A DNA stretch of 63,306 nt, counting the filler. It is 5 parts of 5 records of this genome, joined end to end, with 100 filler letters (N's around TTAATTAATTAA, not from the genome) between each part and the next. Parts side by side here need not be neighbours in the genome. Positions count along the whole stretch, not along the records: positions 1 to 18,807 come from DRR723986_4702; 4 more parts are not named here. One strand, given 5' to 3'. Position 1 is the stretch's first letter. Every line of letters starts with the position of its first letter. Below are positions 1 to 10,507 of this stretch, piece after piece. Below the pieces are notes generated by a model, which searched no databases, was not told the origin of the DNA, and saw nothing but the letters and a program-made list of their open reading frames with translations. A program made the translations under genes and the position numbers.

Positions 1-30
1 GGATCTTCGCTGCGCTGCGTCCGGGATGAC
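1..30. repeat. Partial alphaproteobacterial REP-like palindromic element at contig start
   Basis: GGATCTTCGCTGCGCTGCGTCCGGGATGAC resembles the GTCATCCCGG...CCGGGATGAC dispersed repeats of Rhizobiales; intergenic and at an assembly break. Confidence 0.5.
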
Positions 31-92
31 GAAGGAGAGTGCGAGCGAGGCGTTTTGCAGGCACACCCATTTGCCCCTCGTTCAAATACAGC

Positions 93-851
93 TCACGTCA
101 GCAGCGGGCTCAACTCCGTCTGGATGTTCAGCAGGGCTGGGAGGAACTTTGTTTTTGCCGTTTCCGGCGCGGCGGATGTGCTGGCGTAACCGACATTGAG
201 CGCGGCAATCGTGTGGCCGTGGGAATTTTGAACCGGGACCGCGATGGAACACAGTCCGGGTTCGACTTCCTGATCGATCATCGCGAAGCCCTGGCTGCGG
301 ATACTGGCAAGTTCGGCCAGAATGGCGTCCACCCGGGTGAGAGTTTTTGGTGTCAGCGCAGTCAGGGTCATGGCCTCCAGCCGCGCCTTGGCCTCGTTCT
401 CCGGCAGAGCGGCCAGCATGACGCGGCCCATCGACGAGCAATGGGCCGGCAACCGCGAACCCGGCATCAGCGCAATCGACATGACCTTCGTTCGGGCGGC
501 GCGGGCCACATAGACGATCTCGTCGCCGTCAAGGATCGACACCGACGAGCTTTCGCCGATCTGCTCCGATAGGTGATCGAGCAGAGGCTGCACCACACGG
601 GGCAAGGGCATGGTGGCAAGGCAGGCGGTCCCCAGCCGCAGCACCTGCGGGGTCAGCGTGAAGAACTTGCCGTCCCAGTTGGCATATCCCAGGTGCGCCA
701 GTGTCAGCAGGCAGCGGCGGGAGGTTGCCCGGTCAAGGCCGGATGCATTCGCAACCTCGGAGGTCGACTGGCGAGGACTGTCTGCGGTGAAGGTTTCGAT
801 AACCTGCAAGCCCTTGGCCAGGCCCCCCATGATGTCCCGTTCCGCAATCAT
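93..851 (-). CDS. pcaR: IclR-family regulator, PcaR/PobR/PcaU subfamily
   Basis: N-terminal HTH (GLAKGLQVIE...GLDRATSRRCLLTL); IclR C-terminal motifs GSRLPAHCSSMGR and DQEVEPGLCSIAVP; divergent from pcaIJF; start placed at MIAERD. Confidence 0.88.
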   Translation of the reverse strand: MIAERDIMGGLAKGLQVIETFTADSPRQSTSEVANASGLDRATSRRCLLTLAHLGYANWDGKFFTLTPQVLRLGTACLATMPLPRVVQPLLDHLSEQIGESSSVSILDGDEIVYVARAARTKVMSIALMPGSRLPAHCSSMGRVMLAALPENEAKARLEAMTLTALTPKTLTRVDAILAELASIRSQGFAMIDQEVEPGLCSIAVPVQNSHGHTIAALNVGYASTSAAPETAKTKFLPALLNIQTELSPLLT

Positions 852-873
852 GTGATTTGTCTCATCTGATGTC

Positions 874-916
874 GATTTGTGCGATATGTAAACAAATGAA
901 GCATATCGCACAAATC
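874..916. promoter_or_regulatory. PcaR-type operator: perfect 15-bp inverted repeat
   Basis: GATTTGTGCGATATG (874-888) / CATATCGCACAAATC (902-916); 876-896 TTTGTGCGATATGTAAACAAA resembles the PcaR/PcaU TTTGTTCGATAATCGCACAAA box; lies between divergent pcaR and pcaI. Confidence 0.8.
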
Positions 917-1052
917 AGTTGGACGAAAGACACCTGCCGTCGCTATCTCCTTTGGCACTGCAAAGCCTGTTGGCGGGCTGGCCCAGAGTTCAGGAGACAG
1001 CCTGTCCTCTTGCAAGCGCCGGCCGCTTCAGGTGATGCGCGAGAAGGAGACA

Positions 1053-1787
1053 ATGATGGACAAGACGGTTTCCGACCTTGCCACCGCCGTGGCGGGGATC
1101 GAGGACGGCATGACGGTGATGATCGGCGGCTTCGGCGGCTCCGGATCTCCCATCGAGCTGATCCACGCGCTGATCGACCGCTATCGCGAGACGGGGCATC
1201 CGAAGGACCTCGTGGTCATCAACAACAATGCCGGCAACGGTCATGTGGGCCTGGCCGCGCTCATCGAGGCGGGCATGGTGCGCAAGCTGATCTGCTCCTT
1301 CCCGCGCTCTGCCGATCCGGTGGTCTTCACCGAGATGTACCTGGCAGGCGGCATCGAGCTGGAGCTGGTGCCCCAGGGCACGCTGGCGGAAAGGATCCGC
1401 GCGGGCGGTGCGGGTATTCCCGCCTTCTACACACCGTCTTCCTACGGAACGGATCTGGCAAAGGACAAGCCGGTCGCCGAATTCGACGGCCGGATGTATG
1501 TGCAGGAACGCTGGCTGAAGGCGGATGTTGCGCTGGTGAAAGCCGAAACAGCGGATACCTTTGGAAACCTGACCTATCGCATGGCAGCCCGTAACTTCAA
1601 TCCGCTGATGTGCATGGCTGCCGCGGAGGCCATCGTGCAGGCAAGCCGGATCGTCGAAGCGGGCGGGATCGATCCCGAGGTCGTCGTCACGCCGGGTATC
1701 TTCGTTCAAAAGGTCGTTGAGGTGGCCAATCCGCTGCAGGAAGAAGACCTCAACCGCGCCAATGCCGCCTATCCGCTGGAGGCCTGA
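1053..1787 (+). CDS. pcaI: 3-oxoadipate CoA-transferase subunit A
   Basis: DGMTVMIGGFG, NNNAGNG and LELVPQGTLAERIRAGGAGIPAFYT motifs; SD AAGGAG upstream. Confidence 0.92.
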   Translation: MMDKTVSDLATAVAGIEDGMTVMIGGFGGSGSPIELIHALIDRYRETGHPKDLVVINNNAGNGHVGLAALIEAGMVRKLICSFPRSADPVVFTEMYLAGGIELELVPQGTLAERIRAGGAGIPAFYTPSSYGTDLAKDKPVAEFDGRMYVQERWLKADVALVKAETADTFGNLTYRMAARNFNPLMCMAAAEAIVQASRIVEAGGIDPEVVVTPGIFVQKVVEVANPLQEEDLNRANAAYPLEA

Positions 1788-1788
1788 G

Positions 1789-2457
1789 ATGGAAAAGCTT
1801 TCAAACAACCAGATCGCCTGGCGTGCGGCACAGGATATTGCCGACGGCGCCTATGTGAACCTCGGCATCGGCTTCCCGGAAAAGGTCGCCCAGTTTCAGC
1901 CGGAGGGACGCGAGGCGATCTTTCACACCGAGAACGGACTTCTGGGTTTCGGCCAGGCCCCGGAGCCTGGTTCGGAGGACTGGGACCTGATCAATGCCGG
2001 CAAGAAAGCCGTCACGTTGAAGCCAGGCGCGGCCTTTTTCCACCATGCCGACAGCTTCGCGATGGTTCGCGGCGGTCATCTGGATGTGGCCATTCTGGGC
2101 GCTTATGAAATTGCCGAAAACGGCGACCTCGCCAACTGGTCGACCGGCCCCAAGGGTGTGCCTGCCGTCGGCGGGGCGATGGATCTCGTGCATGGTGCCA
2201 AGCGGGTTGCCGTTATCACCGACCACGTCACCAAGAACGGCCAGCCGAAACTGGTCAAGCGCTGTTCGCTGCCGCTCACCGGTGTCGGCTGCGTCACTCG
2301 TGTCTATACCAGCCTTGCGGTGATCGATATCGAGAACGGCCGCTTCGTGCTGCGTGAAAAACTGCCCGGCCTGTCGCTTGAAGATCTTCAGGCGGTGACC
2401 GGTGCTGAGCTTCTTGTTCCCGGCGCTGTCGCCGATCTTGTTGTTCCCGAGGTGTGA
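1789..2457 (+). CDS. pcaJ: 3-oxoadipate CoA-transferase subunit B
   Basis: YVNLGIGFP, catalytic HTENG, RGGHLDVAILGA and VGGAMDL motifs. Confidence 0.92.
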   Translation: MEKLSNNQIAWRAAQDIADGAYVNLGIGFPEKVAQFQPEGREAIFHTENGLLGFGQAPEPGSEDWDLINAGKKAVTLKPGAAFFHHADSFAMVRGGHLDVAILGAYEIAENGDLANWSTGPKGVPAVGGAMDLVHGAKRVAVITDHVTKNGQPKLVKRCSLPLTGVGCVTRVYTSLAVIDIENGRFVLREKLPGLSLEDLQAVTGAELLVPGAVADLVVPEV

Positions 2458-2458
2458 A

Positions 2459-3661
2459 ATGGCTGAAGCCTTTATCTGCGACTATATCCGTACGCCCATC
2501 GGCCGCTTCGGCGGGGCGCTGTCCTCCGTCCGCGCCGATGACCTTGGCGCCATTCCGCTGAAAGCGCTGATGGAGCGTAATCAGGACATGGACTGGGCGG
2601 CGGTTGAGGAAGTCTTTTTCGGCTGCGCCAACCAGGCTGGTGAAGACAACCGCAACGTGGCGCGCATGAGCCTGCTGCTTGCCGGGCTGCCGGAAACCGT
2701 GCCCGGCACCACGTTGAACCGCCTGTGCGGTTCGGGCATGGATGCGGTCATCAGCGCGGCTCGGGCCATCAAGGCGGGTGAAATGGAGCTGGCGATTGCC
2801 GGCGGCGTGGAGTCCATGTCCCGCGCTCCCTTCGTCATGCCCAAGGCGGAAACAGCGTTTTCACGCCAGAACGAGATTTTCGACACCACCATCGGCTGGC
2901 GTTTCGTCAACCCGCTGATGAAGAAGCAATACGGCATCGATTCCATGCCCGAAACCGGCGAGAATGTTGCCGAAGACTATGCCGTCTCCCGCGAGGATCA
3001 GGACGCCTTTGCCCTGCGCTCGCAAGAAAAGGCGGCGGCAGCACAGGAAAACGGACGTCTGGCACGGGAAATCACGCCGGTGACCATTCCCCAGCGCAAG
3101 GGCGATCCGATTGTCGTCGACAGGGACGAACATCCGCGCGCAACCTCGCTGGAAGCTCTGGCCAAACTGCGGGCACCCTTCCGCGAAGGCGGCAGCGTCA
3201 CCGCGGGCAACGCGTCCGGCGTCAATGACGGTGCGGCAGCCCTGATCGTTGCGTCCGAGGCAGCGGTCCGCAAGTACGGTCTGACGCCGATCGCCCGCAT
3301 TTCCGGCGGTGCGACGGCAGGTGTCGAACCGCGCATCATGGGCATCGGCCCGGCACCGGCAACCAAAAAGCTGTGCGAACGGCTTGGCATCAAGCCGACT
3401 GATTTCGATGTCGTCGAACTCAACGAAGCCTTCGCAAGCCAGGGCATTGCCGTCCTGCGCCAGCTCGGAATTGCCGAGGATGCACCCCACGTCAATCCGA
3501 ACGGCGGTGCCATCGCACTCGGGCACCCGCTCGGCATGTCGGGCGCACGTATTGCCGGCACGGCTGCTCTGGAGCTGCAGCAGCGCGGCGAAAAGCGCGC
3601 CCTTGCAACCATGTGCATCGGTGTCGGCCAGGGTATCGCGATCGCGCTTGAAAGCGTCTGA
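2459..3661 (+). CDS. pcaF: 3-oxoadipyl-CoA thiolase
   Basis: Thiolase motifs NRLCGSG, NEAFA, GGAIALGHPLG and MCIGVGQG; NQAGEDNRNVARM is typical of PcaF/PaaJ; coupled to pcaJ. Confidence 0.93.
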   Translation: MAEAFICDYIRTPIGRFGGALSSVRADDLGAIPLKALMERNQDMDWAAVEEVFFGCANQAGEDNRNVARMSLLLAGLPETVPGTTLNRLCGSGMDAVISAARAIKAGEMELAIAGGVESMSRAPFVMPKAETAFSRQNEIFDTTIGWRFVNPLMKKQYGIDSMPETGENVAEDYAVSREDQDAFALRSQEKAAAAQENGRLAREITPVTIPQRKGDPIVVDRDEHPRATSLEALAKLRAPFREGGSVTAGNASGVNDGAAALIVASEAAVRKYGLTPIARISGGATAGVEPRIMGIGPAPATKKLCERLGIKPTDFDVVELNEAFASQGIAVLRQLGIAEDAPHVNPNGGAIALGHPLGMSGARIAGTAALELQQRGEKRALATMCIGVGQGIAIALESV

Positions 3662-3727
3662 TCGTCGGTCGGCAATTGTCAGGTGGAACGGCCGGGCATC
3701 ACGCCTGGCCGTTTCGCTATCTGCTCC

Positions 3728-4108
3728 TCAGGGATTGAGGACGATCACCTTGGTCTGACCGCCATTGCAGGTGTAGCAGCAGTTGGAACAGCGATTGCGG
3801 TTCTTGTAGCCCACGCCCCAGTAGAGATTGTTGCGATTTCGCACCCAGGCGCCATAGCAGACCTTTTCGCCGCGCTGGCAGGATATGTTGATCGTCTTCG
3901 TCGAAAAGTCGTCGAGCACGTAGATCTTCTTGTTGCCCGGCCAGACGTGTCCACGGCGGGTATCGGAATAGAGTTCCACATCGACAATGTTCGGGTGTTT
4001 GCTTTCGAACCGCCAGTGCAGTGTTTCCGCTGATGCCGGCAAGGTAGCGGCGGCAAAATAAACAAATGAGAACGCCAACAAGACGGCGCTCAAAAGCCCC
4101 TTACGCAT
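3728..4108 (-). CDS. Small secreted cysteine-rich hypothetical protein
   Basis: Signal peptide MRKGLLSAVLLAFSF...ASA; six Cys in the mature part (CQRGEKVC, CSNCCYTC). Confidence 0.75.
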   Translation of the reverse strand: MRKGLLSAVLLAFSFVYFAAATLPASAETLHWRFESKHPNIVDVELYSDTRRGHVWPGNKKIYVLDDFSTKTINISCQRGEKVCYGAWVRNRNNLYWGVGYKNRNRCSNCCYTCNGGQTKVIVLNP

Positions 4109-4238
4109 AATACTTCCCCCAAAGTATCCCCATGAAAAGCTGCGCCGGACCATTGTGTTGAATGGTTATCCGGCAGCTCGCGCAAATAATGAGGCCTTTT
4201 TGAAGAAGATGGCAAGCAGGCGTTGCCAATTGCAGTGT

Positions 4239-5102
4239 TCAGACAGTGGTTTGCAGCCAGTCCCGAAAGGCGGCCACGGGGCGGGTCAAGGTGCGGGCGG
4301 GCGAGCGCACAAACCAGTATCCGGTCTCCAGTTCAACCAGTTTCCAGTCCGGCATGATCAGGTGCCCCGCCTCCAGTTCCTGGGAGACGAAGCGTCTGTC
4401 GATCACGATCGCGCCCATGCCTGCTATGGCAGCCTGGATCGCAAGATCCCGGCTCTGCAGCACGGTTCCCGATTTCGTGTCGGAATGGCTGAGCCCGGCC
4501 TCCTCCAGCCAGCGCACCCAGTCGCCACGCCGCGAGGCGCTGTGCAGAAGTCTGAGGTCGCTCAGAACGGATGTGTCGGTGGCATCCTTGCCACGCAGCA
4601 GACCGGGTGCCAGGGCCACCGCCAGGTGTTCCTTCCACAAGAGGTGGCTCTCGACACTTGGCCAGTTGCCGGTCCCCAGCCTTATGGCGCAATCGTAGTT
4701 TTCGCGATCGAGATCAACCATGCGAGTGGACGCGGACAACAGCAGTTCCACATCCGGCTGGCTCGCCTGGAAATCCGGCAAGCGGGGGATCAGCCAGCGG
4801 GTGGCAAAGGTCGAGACGGTGCTGATCCTCAGCTCCGTCCGGCCGCGCCGACGGAAGCTGTCGACAGCCTCTTCGATGCGGTCGAAGGCATCGCCCATGC
4901 TCAGGGCCAGGCGCTGTCCTTCTTCTGTCAGGGTGAGCCCGCGACCATCCCGGTTGACCAGCGTCGCACCAAGCTCGTTTTCCAGCTTGCGCATCAGGTG
5001 GGACAGCGCCGAAGGCGAAACCCCGAGCTTTTCGGCCGCAAGCGACGCACGCCCGTGGCGGGCCAGCAGGGAAAAGGCATGTAGCGCACGCAGGGACGCC
5101 AT
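4239..5102 (-). CDS. LysR-family regulator (GcvA-like)
   Basis: HTH AAEKLGVSPSALSHLMRKLE; FATRWLIPRLPDF and DCAIRLG motifs. Confidence 0.9.
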   Translation of the reverse strand: MASLRALHAFSLLARHGRASLAAEKLGVSPSALSHLMRKLENELGATLVNRDGRGLTLTEEGQRLALSMGDAFDRIEEAVDSFRRRGRTELRISTVSTFATRWLIPRLPDFQASQPDVELLLSASTRMVDLDRENYDCAIRLGTGNWPSVESHLLWKEHLAVALAPGLLRGKDATDTSVLSDLRLLHSASRRGDWVRWLEEAGLSHSDTKSGTVLQSRDLAIQAAIAGMGAIVIDRRFVSQELEAGHLIMPDWKLVELETGYWFVRSPARTLTRPVAAFRDWLQTTV

Positions 5103-5165
5103 GGTCGATCTCCGGAAAGTTGAATATTCTTCAATAATGAACCCCGGAGACCCTGTCGAGATCGG

Positions 5166-6068
5166 TCAGGCCTTTTCGGCGGAACTTTCCCTTTTCGGCC
5201 TGTTCACAAGGGTGACCAGTACAAAGGAAATGATCATCAGAAGCACCCATGCATTCAACTTTGCGATTGAAACCAGTGTCCATGCATCGGCCTGGTCCGG
5301 ATACTGCCAGGCGCGGGCGAAAGTGCCGATATTCTCAGCAATCCAGATGAACAGGGCGACCAGAAAAAAGCCCAGCACCAGCGGCATCTTGTGCCTGTAG
5401 CGGAACACCGAATAATGGACCCAGGTTCGTCCAAAGAGCAAAAACAAGAAGACGAAAAGGCCAAGCCGCAGGTCGATGATGAAATGGTGGCTGAAGAAGT
5501 TCACGTAGATCGCGAGCGCGAACAGCCATGTGGTCCACAACGGCGGATAACCGCTATAGGCGAAGTGGAAGATCCGGGAAACGCGGGCGAGATAGCTGCC
5601 GACGGAGGCATACATGAACCCGGTGAACAGGGGCACGTCACCGATGCGGAACAGGCTTTCCTCCGGATAGACCCAGGACCCGGCGGAGGTCTTGAAAATC
5701 TCCATGACCGTGCCGACCACATGAAAGATCAGGATGATCCTGGCTTCGTCCAGCGTTTCCAGACGCGTGGCCAGCATTGCGATCTGAAGACCGAGGGCCG
5801 CGAGAAACAGGAAGTCGTAGCGACTGAGCGCGGCGTCTTCCGGATAGACGAACCGCGTCAGAAGGATGATTGCGAGCAACAGGCCGCCGAAGATGCAGGC
5901 ATAGGCCTGCTTCAGGCCGAAGGCGAGAAACTCCGTCGCCGCCAGACCGAACAAGCCCTTGCCGAAGACCGGACGCAGCCTGTGCAGGAGGTGATTGATG
6001 AGCCTTTCCGTTCCGGAGCCTGGACGGGAGGGGGCTTGTAGAGGTTGGACGATCCCGGTGGGTAACAT
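5166..6068 (-). CDS. DUF817 (YoaT-like) membrane protein
   Basis: FGLKQAYACIFGG, FHVVGTVMEIFKT, VPLFTGFMYASVGSY and FIWIAENIGT motifs; multiple TM segments; start uncertain. Confidence 0.85.
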   Translation of the reverse strand: MLPTGIVQPLQAPSRPGSGTERLINHLLHRLRPVFGKGLFGLAATEFLAFGLKQAYACIFGGLLLAIILLTRFVYPEDAALSRYDFLFLAALGLQIAMLATRLETLDEARIILIFHVVGTVMEIFKTSAGSWVYPEESLFRIGDVPLFTGFMYASVGSYLARVSRIFHFAYSGYPPLWTTWLFALAIYVNFFSHHFIIDLRLGLFVFLFLLFGRTWVHYSVFRYRHKMPLVLGFFLVALFIWIAENIGTFARAWQYPDQADAWTLVSIAKLNAWVLLMIISFVLVTLVNRPKRESSAEKA

Positions 6069-6201
6069 GTAACGCCTCAGCTGAAGATACCGGCCGGTCC
6101 GCAAGCGGCCGGCAGGTCTTCTATGCATCTGGCGATGTGCAGGAACTGTGCAGTGCCTTCACAGTTTTCTGCAATATTGCGGGCTGACCTGCGGTCGGGC
6201 G

Positions 6202-6945
6202 CTAGCTGATGGCGCCAAGAACGGCCTTTAGAAACCCGGTCAGTTCATCGGTGACGAAATCCACATGCGGATAGGGTTCGCCTTCCATGTCCCAGGTTTC
6301 CTGGAACACGTCCCGCGTGCCGGTCGGCAGGATCAACGTCGTGCACATGCCAAGTGCATGCGGCACGCTCAGGTTCTTGGCCAGGTCCTCAAACATGGCA
6401 GCACGTGCCGGCGCGACGCCGGTATGTGCCAGGAAACGTTCGTAGGTGACCTTGTTGGGCTTGGGCACAAGATCCGCCGAGACGATGTCGAAGATATCCT
6501 CGAAATGATCCGCGATGCCGAGCGCAGCCGCCGTGCGTTCCGCATGTGGGCGGTCGCCGTTGGTGAAGATGAACTTCCGGCCCGGCAAGGCTTCGATCGC
6601 GGCTGCAAGGTCCGGATCGGGTTTCAGGGTCGAGTAGTCGATATCATGGACGAAACGCAGGTAGTCGTCCGGGTCGATGGCGTGGTTGGTCATCAGCCCG
6701 CGCAGGGTCGTGCCGAACTCGTGGTAGAGCTCCTTCTGATGCGCCATCGCCTCATCGGGCGGCAGGTTCAGGATCTTCTGCACATAGCGCGAGATCTGCT
6801 CGTTGATCTGCGGGAACAGGTCGCTCTCGTGAGGGTAGAGCGTATTGTCCAGATCGAAGACCCAGGCTTCGACGCCTTTGAAGATCCTCAGGTCGCGGCG
6901 ATGAGCCTGCGGGCCCTCGTGGGGCAGGGGGCGTTTTCCTGTCAC
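6202..6945 (-). CDS. HAD pyrimidine 5'-nucleotidase
   Basis: [17 protein letters not shown] and MFEDLAKNL motifs; usual position downstream of argB. Confidence 0.9.
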   Translation of the reverse strand: MTGKRPLPHEGPQAHRRDLRIFKGVEAWVFDLDNTLYPHESDLFPQINEQISRYVQKILNLPPDEAMAHQKELYHEFGTTLRGLMTNHAIDPDDYLRFVHDIDYSTLKPDPDLAAAIEALPGRKFIFTNGDRPHAERTAAALGIADHFEDIFDIVSADLVPKPNKVTYERFLAHTGVAPARAAMFEDLAKNLSVPHALGMCTTLILPTGTRDVFQETWDMEGEPYPHVDFVTDELTGFLKAVLGAIS

Positions 6946-7829
6946 GGGCGGATCAACGTCCCTGCGCCGCCGTCGGTGAACAGTTCCAGCAGCACCGCGT
7001 GCGGTACCTTGCCGTTCAAGATGACAACGCCTTCAACGCCGCGGTCCAAAGCTTCGATACAGGTTTCGACCTTGGGGATCATGCCGCCGGAAATGGTGCC
7101 GTCGGCAATGAGCTCATGCGCCTTGGCAACGCTCAGCTGCTTGATCAGGTTGCCGTCCTTGTCCAGAACGCCGGGCACGTCCGTCAGGAACAGCAGCCGT
7201 TTGGCGTTGAGCGAGCCTGCAATGGCGCCGGCAGCGGTGTCGGCGTTGATGTTGTAGGTCTCGCCGTCTTCGCCCGGGGCGACCGGGGCGACAACCGGAA
7301 TGATGTCTTCCTTGAGCACCAGCTTCAAAACGGTCGGGTCGACCTTGTCCGGTTCGCCGACGAAGCCGAGATCGAGAACGCTTTCGATGTTGCTGTCCGG
7401 ATCAACCACGGTCCGGGTCAGCTTGCGTGCGGTCACCAGGTTGCCGTCCTTGCCGCACAGGCCGACTGCGCGGCCGCCTTCGGCATTGATCAGCTGGACG
7501 ATTTCCTTGTTGATCGAACCGGCAAGAACCATCTCGACCACTTCGACGGTGGCCCTGTCGGTCACGCGCAGACCGCCCTTGAACTCGCTGACGATGTTCA
7601 GCCGCTGCAGCATCTTGCCGATCTGCGGCCCGCCGCCATGAACCACCACCGGATTGACCCCGGACTGGCGCAGCAGCGTGATGTCGCGCGCAAAGGCCTG
7701 GCCGAGTTCCGGATCACCCATGGCATGGCCGCCGTATTTCACGACAACGGTCTTGTTGTCGTAGCGCTGCATGTAAGGCAGGGCATGGGCAATGATGTTG
7801 GCGCGTGTGGCGGTGTCAGGCGTGGTCAT
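6942..7829 (-). CDS. argB: Acetylglutamate kinase
   Basis: [26 protein letters not shown] and GGMIPKV motifs. Confidence 0.97.
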   Translation of the reverse strand: MTTPDTATRANIIAHALPYMQRYDNKTVVVKYGGHAMGDPELGQAFARDITLLRQSGVNPVVVHGGGPQIGKMLQRLNIVSEFKGGLRVTDRATVEVVEMVLAGSINKEIVQLINAEGGRAVGLCGKDGNLVTARKLTRTVVDPDSNIESVLDLGFVGEPDKVDPTVLKLVLKEDIIPVVAPVAPGEDGETYNINADTAAGAIAGSLNAKRLLFLTDVPGVLDKDGNLIKQLSVAKAHELIADGTISGGMIPKVETCIEALDRGVEGVVILNGKVPHAVLLELFTDGGAGTLIRP

Positions 7830-7927
7830 GGAACGGAAATACTCACCGTGGCTGGGAAAACGTCTCGCGAAAGTCCCCTGCTATAGCCGGTTTGAAGTGG
7901 CTTCACAATCGGCGCAGGAGTGACGGG

Positions 7928-8575
7928 TCACTGGGTGGCCAGAAGAAACAGCTCCGCCCGCAGTTCGTCGACACCGCGGTTCTTTTCCGAGGACGTGGCC
8001 AGAATCTCCGGATGGGCGGCGACCCGTTTGCGCAGGATTGCCTTCGTGTCCTCGATGAGGCGAACGAGTTGCGGCGGTTTGATCTTGTCGGCTTTGGTCA
8101 GCACGACCTGATAGACGACGGCTGCCTTGTCGAGCAGTTCCATCGCTTCGAGATCGTTCTTCTTGATGCCGTGACGGCTGTCGATCAGAAGGATCACGCG
8201 GCGCAGGTTCGGCCGACCGCGCAGATAGGAAAACACCAGCTGGGTCCAGGCTTCCACTAGTTCCTTGGGCGCCTGCGCATAGCCGTATCCCGGCATGTCG
8301 ACGATCGTCAGCGGCGTCTCGGGAGCAATGAAGAAGTTCAGCATCTGTGTCCGGCCCGGGGTTGCCGAAGTCCGGGCAAGGTCCTTGCGGCCGGTCAGCG
8401 CGTTGATCAGGCTGGACTTGCCGACGTTCGACCGCCCCGCAAAGGCGATCTCCGCTCCGGCCGCTTCCGGCAGGTTGGCCATGTCGGTAACGCTGGTGAG
8501 AAAATCCCACGGACGGCAGAACATCAGCCGGCCGGCTTCGAGGTCTTCATCGGAATATTTTTGTTCTTCGCTCAT
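7928..8575 (-). CDS. engB: Ribosome biogenesis GTPase YihA/EngB
   Basis: G1 [19 protein letters not shown] and TKADK motifs. Confidence 0.96.
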   Translation of the reverse strand: MSEEQKYSDEDLEAGRLMFCRPWDFLTSVTDMANLPEAAGAEIAFAGRSNVGKSSLINALTGRKDLARTSATPGRTQMLNFFIAPETPLTIVDMPGYGYAQAPKELVEAWTQLVFSYLRGRPNLRRVILLIDSRHGIKKNDLEAMELLDKAAVVYQVVLTKADKIKPPQLVRLIEDTKAILRKRVAAHPEILATSSEKNRGVDELRAELFLLATQ

Positions 8576-8711
8576 AAGCGCCTTCTACCCTGCCTGAAAG
8601 CAACCGTCACTAGTTTTGGCGTGCCGGTTCAAGCCTGCAACCCCGCAAGGCGCACCTACTTGAAAGGGACGCCTTGCAGGTCTTTTGGTCCGCACGGCCG
8701 GACCGTTCGGA

Positions 8712-9392
8712 TCAGGCGCTGTTTCGTTTGGCATCACACTCACCGCCCAACTCTGTCGCGATCGCCTCCAGGGCCTCGATATCCGCGCCGCGGATCGCAT
8801 CGAGGTTCCGGGAGATCGTCTCGGCCGGCCAATCCCACCAGGCGATTTCAAGCAGCCGTTCGATAGTGGCTTCATCAAACCGGAGTTTTACCACCCGGGC
8901 AGGATTGCCGACGACCACCGCATAGGGCGGGACGTCGGACGCGACCACCGCGTGCGCGCCGATGATTGCCCCGGAGCAGATGGTGACACCGGGCATCACC
9001 GTTGCATTGGTTCCGAACCAGACATCATGTCCGACAATGGTATCTCCCTTCAGGTGGTCGAAAATGGTCGCAGGGTCGAAGCCCTGTTCCCAACCGTTGT
9101 GGAAGATGTTGAAAGGGTAGGTCGAAAAACCCGTCATGGCATGGTTGGCACCACTCATGATGAACGTCGTTCCCTGCGCCAGCGCACAGAATTTTCCGAT
9201 CTTCAGCCGGTCGCCGACAAAGTCGAAGTGATAGCGCACATTGCGGCTTTCAAACTCCGCTGCGTGGTTTTCATCGTTGTAATAGGTGAAGTCGCCCACT
9301 TCGATGGTGGGGCGGGTGATCACGTTTTTCAGGTAAACCGTGTGCGGTTCGCCGTTGAAGGGATGGAGCGTATCGGGGGACGGGCCGTGCAT
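8712..9392 (-). CDS. Vat/CatB-family xenobiotic O-acetyltransferase (hexapeptide repeat)
   Basis: [39 protein letters not shown] and IAWWDW motifs; SD AGGAGG. Confidence 0.9.
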   Translation of the reverse strand: MHGPSPDTLHPFNGEPHTVYLKNVITRPTIEVGDFTYYNDENHAAEFESRNVRYHFDFVGDRLKIGKFCALAQGTTFIMSGANHAMTGFSTYPFNIFHNGWEQGFDPATIFDHLKGDTIVGHDVWFGTNATVMPGVTICSGAIIGAHAVVASDVPPYAVVVGNPARVVKLRFDEATIERLLEIAWWDWPAETISRNLDAIRGADIEALEAIATELGGECDAKRNSA

Positions 9393-9396
9393 GGGG

Positions 9397-9521
9397 CCTC
9401 CTTAAAAGCAAGAAAACAAGGGAACCTGGAAAACGCGTGTTGGACGCGGTTGACCTGCCGGTGAGCGGCTTCGCCTTGCGGATCAGGTCTTGCTTTATCG
9501 GATCATTGGTCCAGGCACTCC
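9397..9521 (-). promoter_or_regulatory. Putative translational attenuator with 3-codon leader ORF (M-I-R-stop, 9495-9506)
   Basis: Minus strand: GGAG...ATGATCCGATAA. The arm TCCGATAAAGCAAGA can pair with TCTTGCTTTTAAGGA, which overlaps the acetyltransferase SD; internal stems GACCTG/CAGGTC and CGCGT/ACGCG. Confidence 0.5.
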
Positions 9522-9620
9522 AAACGGGATCGGTTGAAAGACGCGAGAGCCTCGCGTCAAGGTGCGGGATAAAAACACGAGGTTCCGGCGCCGGTCAAGG
9601 TGGAACCTTTTCGGGCTTGT

Positions 9621-10280
9621 CTATTTGTCCCTGCAGCCTTCCAGCCAGACGTCGCCATTGTCCAGCGGTGTGCAACTGCCGGCAACCAGGCGTTCGATCC
9701 GCGCAACTCGGTCTTCAAGTTTCGGATCGTCTTTTCCAAGATGGTATGTGGACGGGGCGATAAGGACCGCGACAAGGGAGAGAAATTCCCTCTCGGAAAG
9801 CTCTGCCGGAGCTTTCCCGTAAATGGCATTGCTTGCCCTGAAGAACCCGGTCATCCAACCGTCGGGCCCATGGCCCATTTCCAGGGTGTCGAGCCAGAGA
9901 GCCAGAATTTCCTGCTTGGTAAGCTCATGTTCCAGCCCGATTGCGTAACCAGTCTGCCGGATCTTGGCGATACCGGGCTGGAATGTTTCGAAACCGATGC
10001 GTTTGGCAAGTGATTGGGTAATTGTGGTGAGACCGCCTCCGGCGCTGGAAAGATCCACTCCGGAATGGTCCGCAAAGCCGGGATCCTCGACCTGCAGCAA
10101 TTTCGCAAGTTGCCTTGGCCCAAGATCGACACCGCCTCGGCCGCCGGCAATCAGCCTGTCCGCGCGCGCGGACAGGCGAAAGGCATCGGCTCGGGCATCG
10201 AGATAACCGGCAAATCCGTAAACAAAGGCGGCGGCAGTCAGAAGCAGGACGAGGGCGGAAAGGATTTTGAGCACGCGCAA
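9621..10280 (-). CDS. Monofunctional peptidoglycan transglycosylase-domain protein (GT51)
   Basis: N-terminal TM; motif 1 EDPGFADHSGVD, motif 2 GLTTITQSLAK, LTKQEILALWL; no transpeptidase domain. Confidence 0.82.
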   Translation of the reverse strand: MRVLKILSALVLLLTAAAFVYGFAGYLDARADAFRLSARADRLIAGGRGGVDLGPRQLAKLLQVEDPGFADHSGVDLSSAGGGLTTITQSLAKRIGFETFQPGIAKIRQTGYAIGLEHELTKQEILALWLDTLEMGHGPDGWMTGFFRASNAIYGKAPAELSEREFLSLVAVLIAPSTYHLGKDDPKLEDRVARIERLVAGSCTPLDNGDVWLEGCRDK

Positions 10281-10507
10281 GGGACACCTCCGGAAATATA
10301 TCTCGAACCGTGTCGGGCAAAGCGGGCACTGTCATGATGGAAACGAGGCGTAAAGACGGCGCCTGCCTGCGTTTTTCACATCGGGGGCCGTGGGGATGTC
10401 TGGCAGGTGACGACTCGAAAAGACCCGCTTGAGTGGGGTTCTTCGGGTCGGTCGAGAACCCCGTCGAAAGTGGACCGGACAGGTGGTGCCGGTTTCTGGA
10501 GTGGCGT

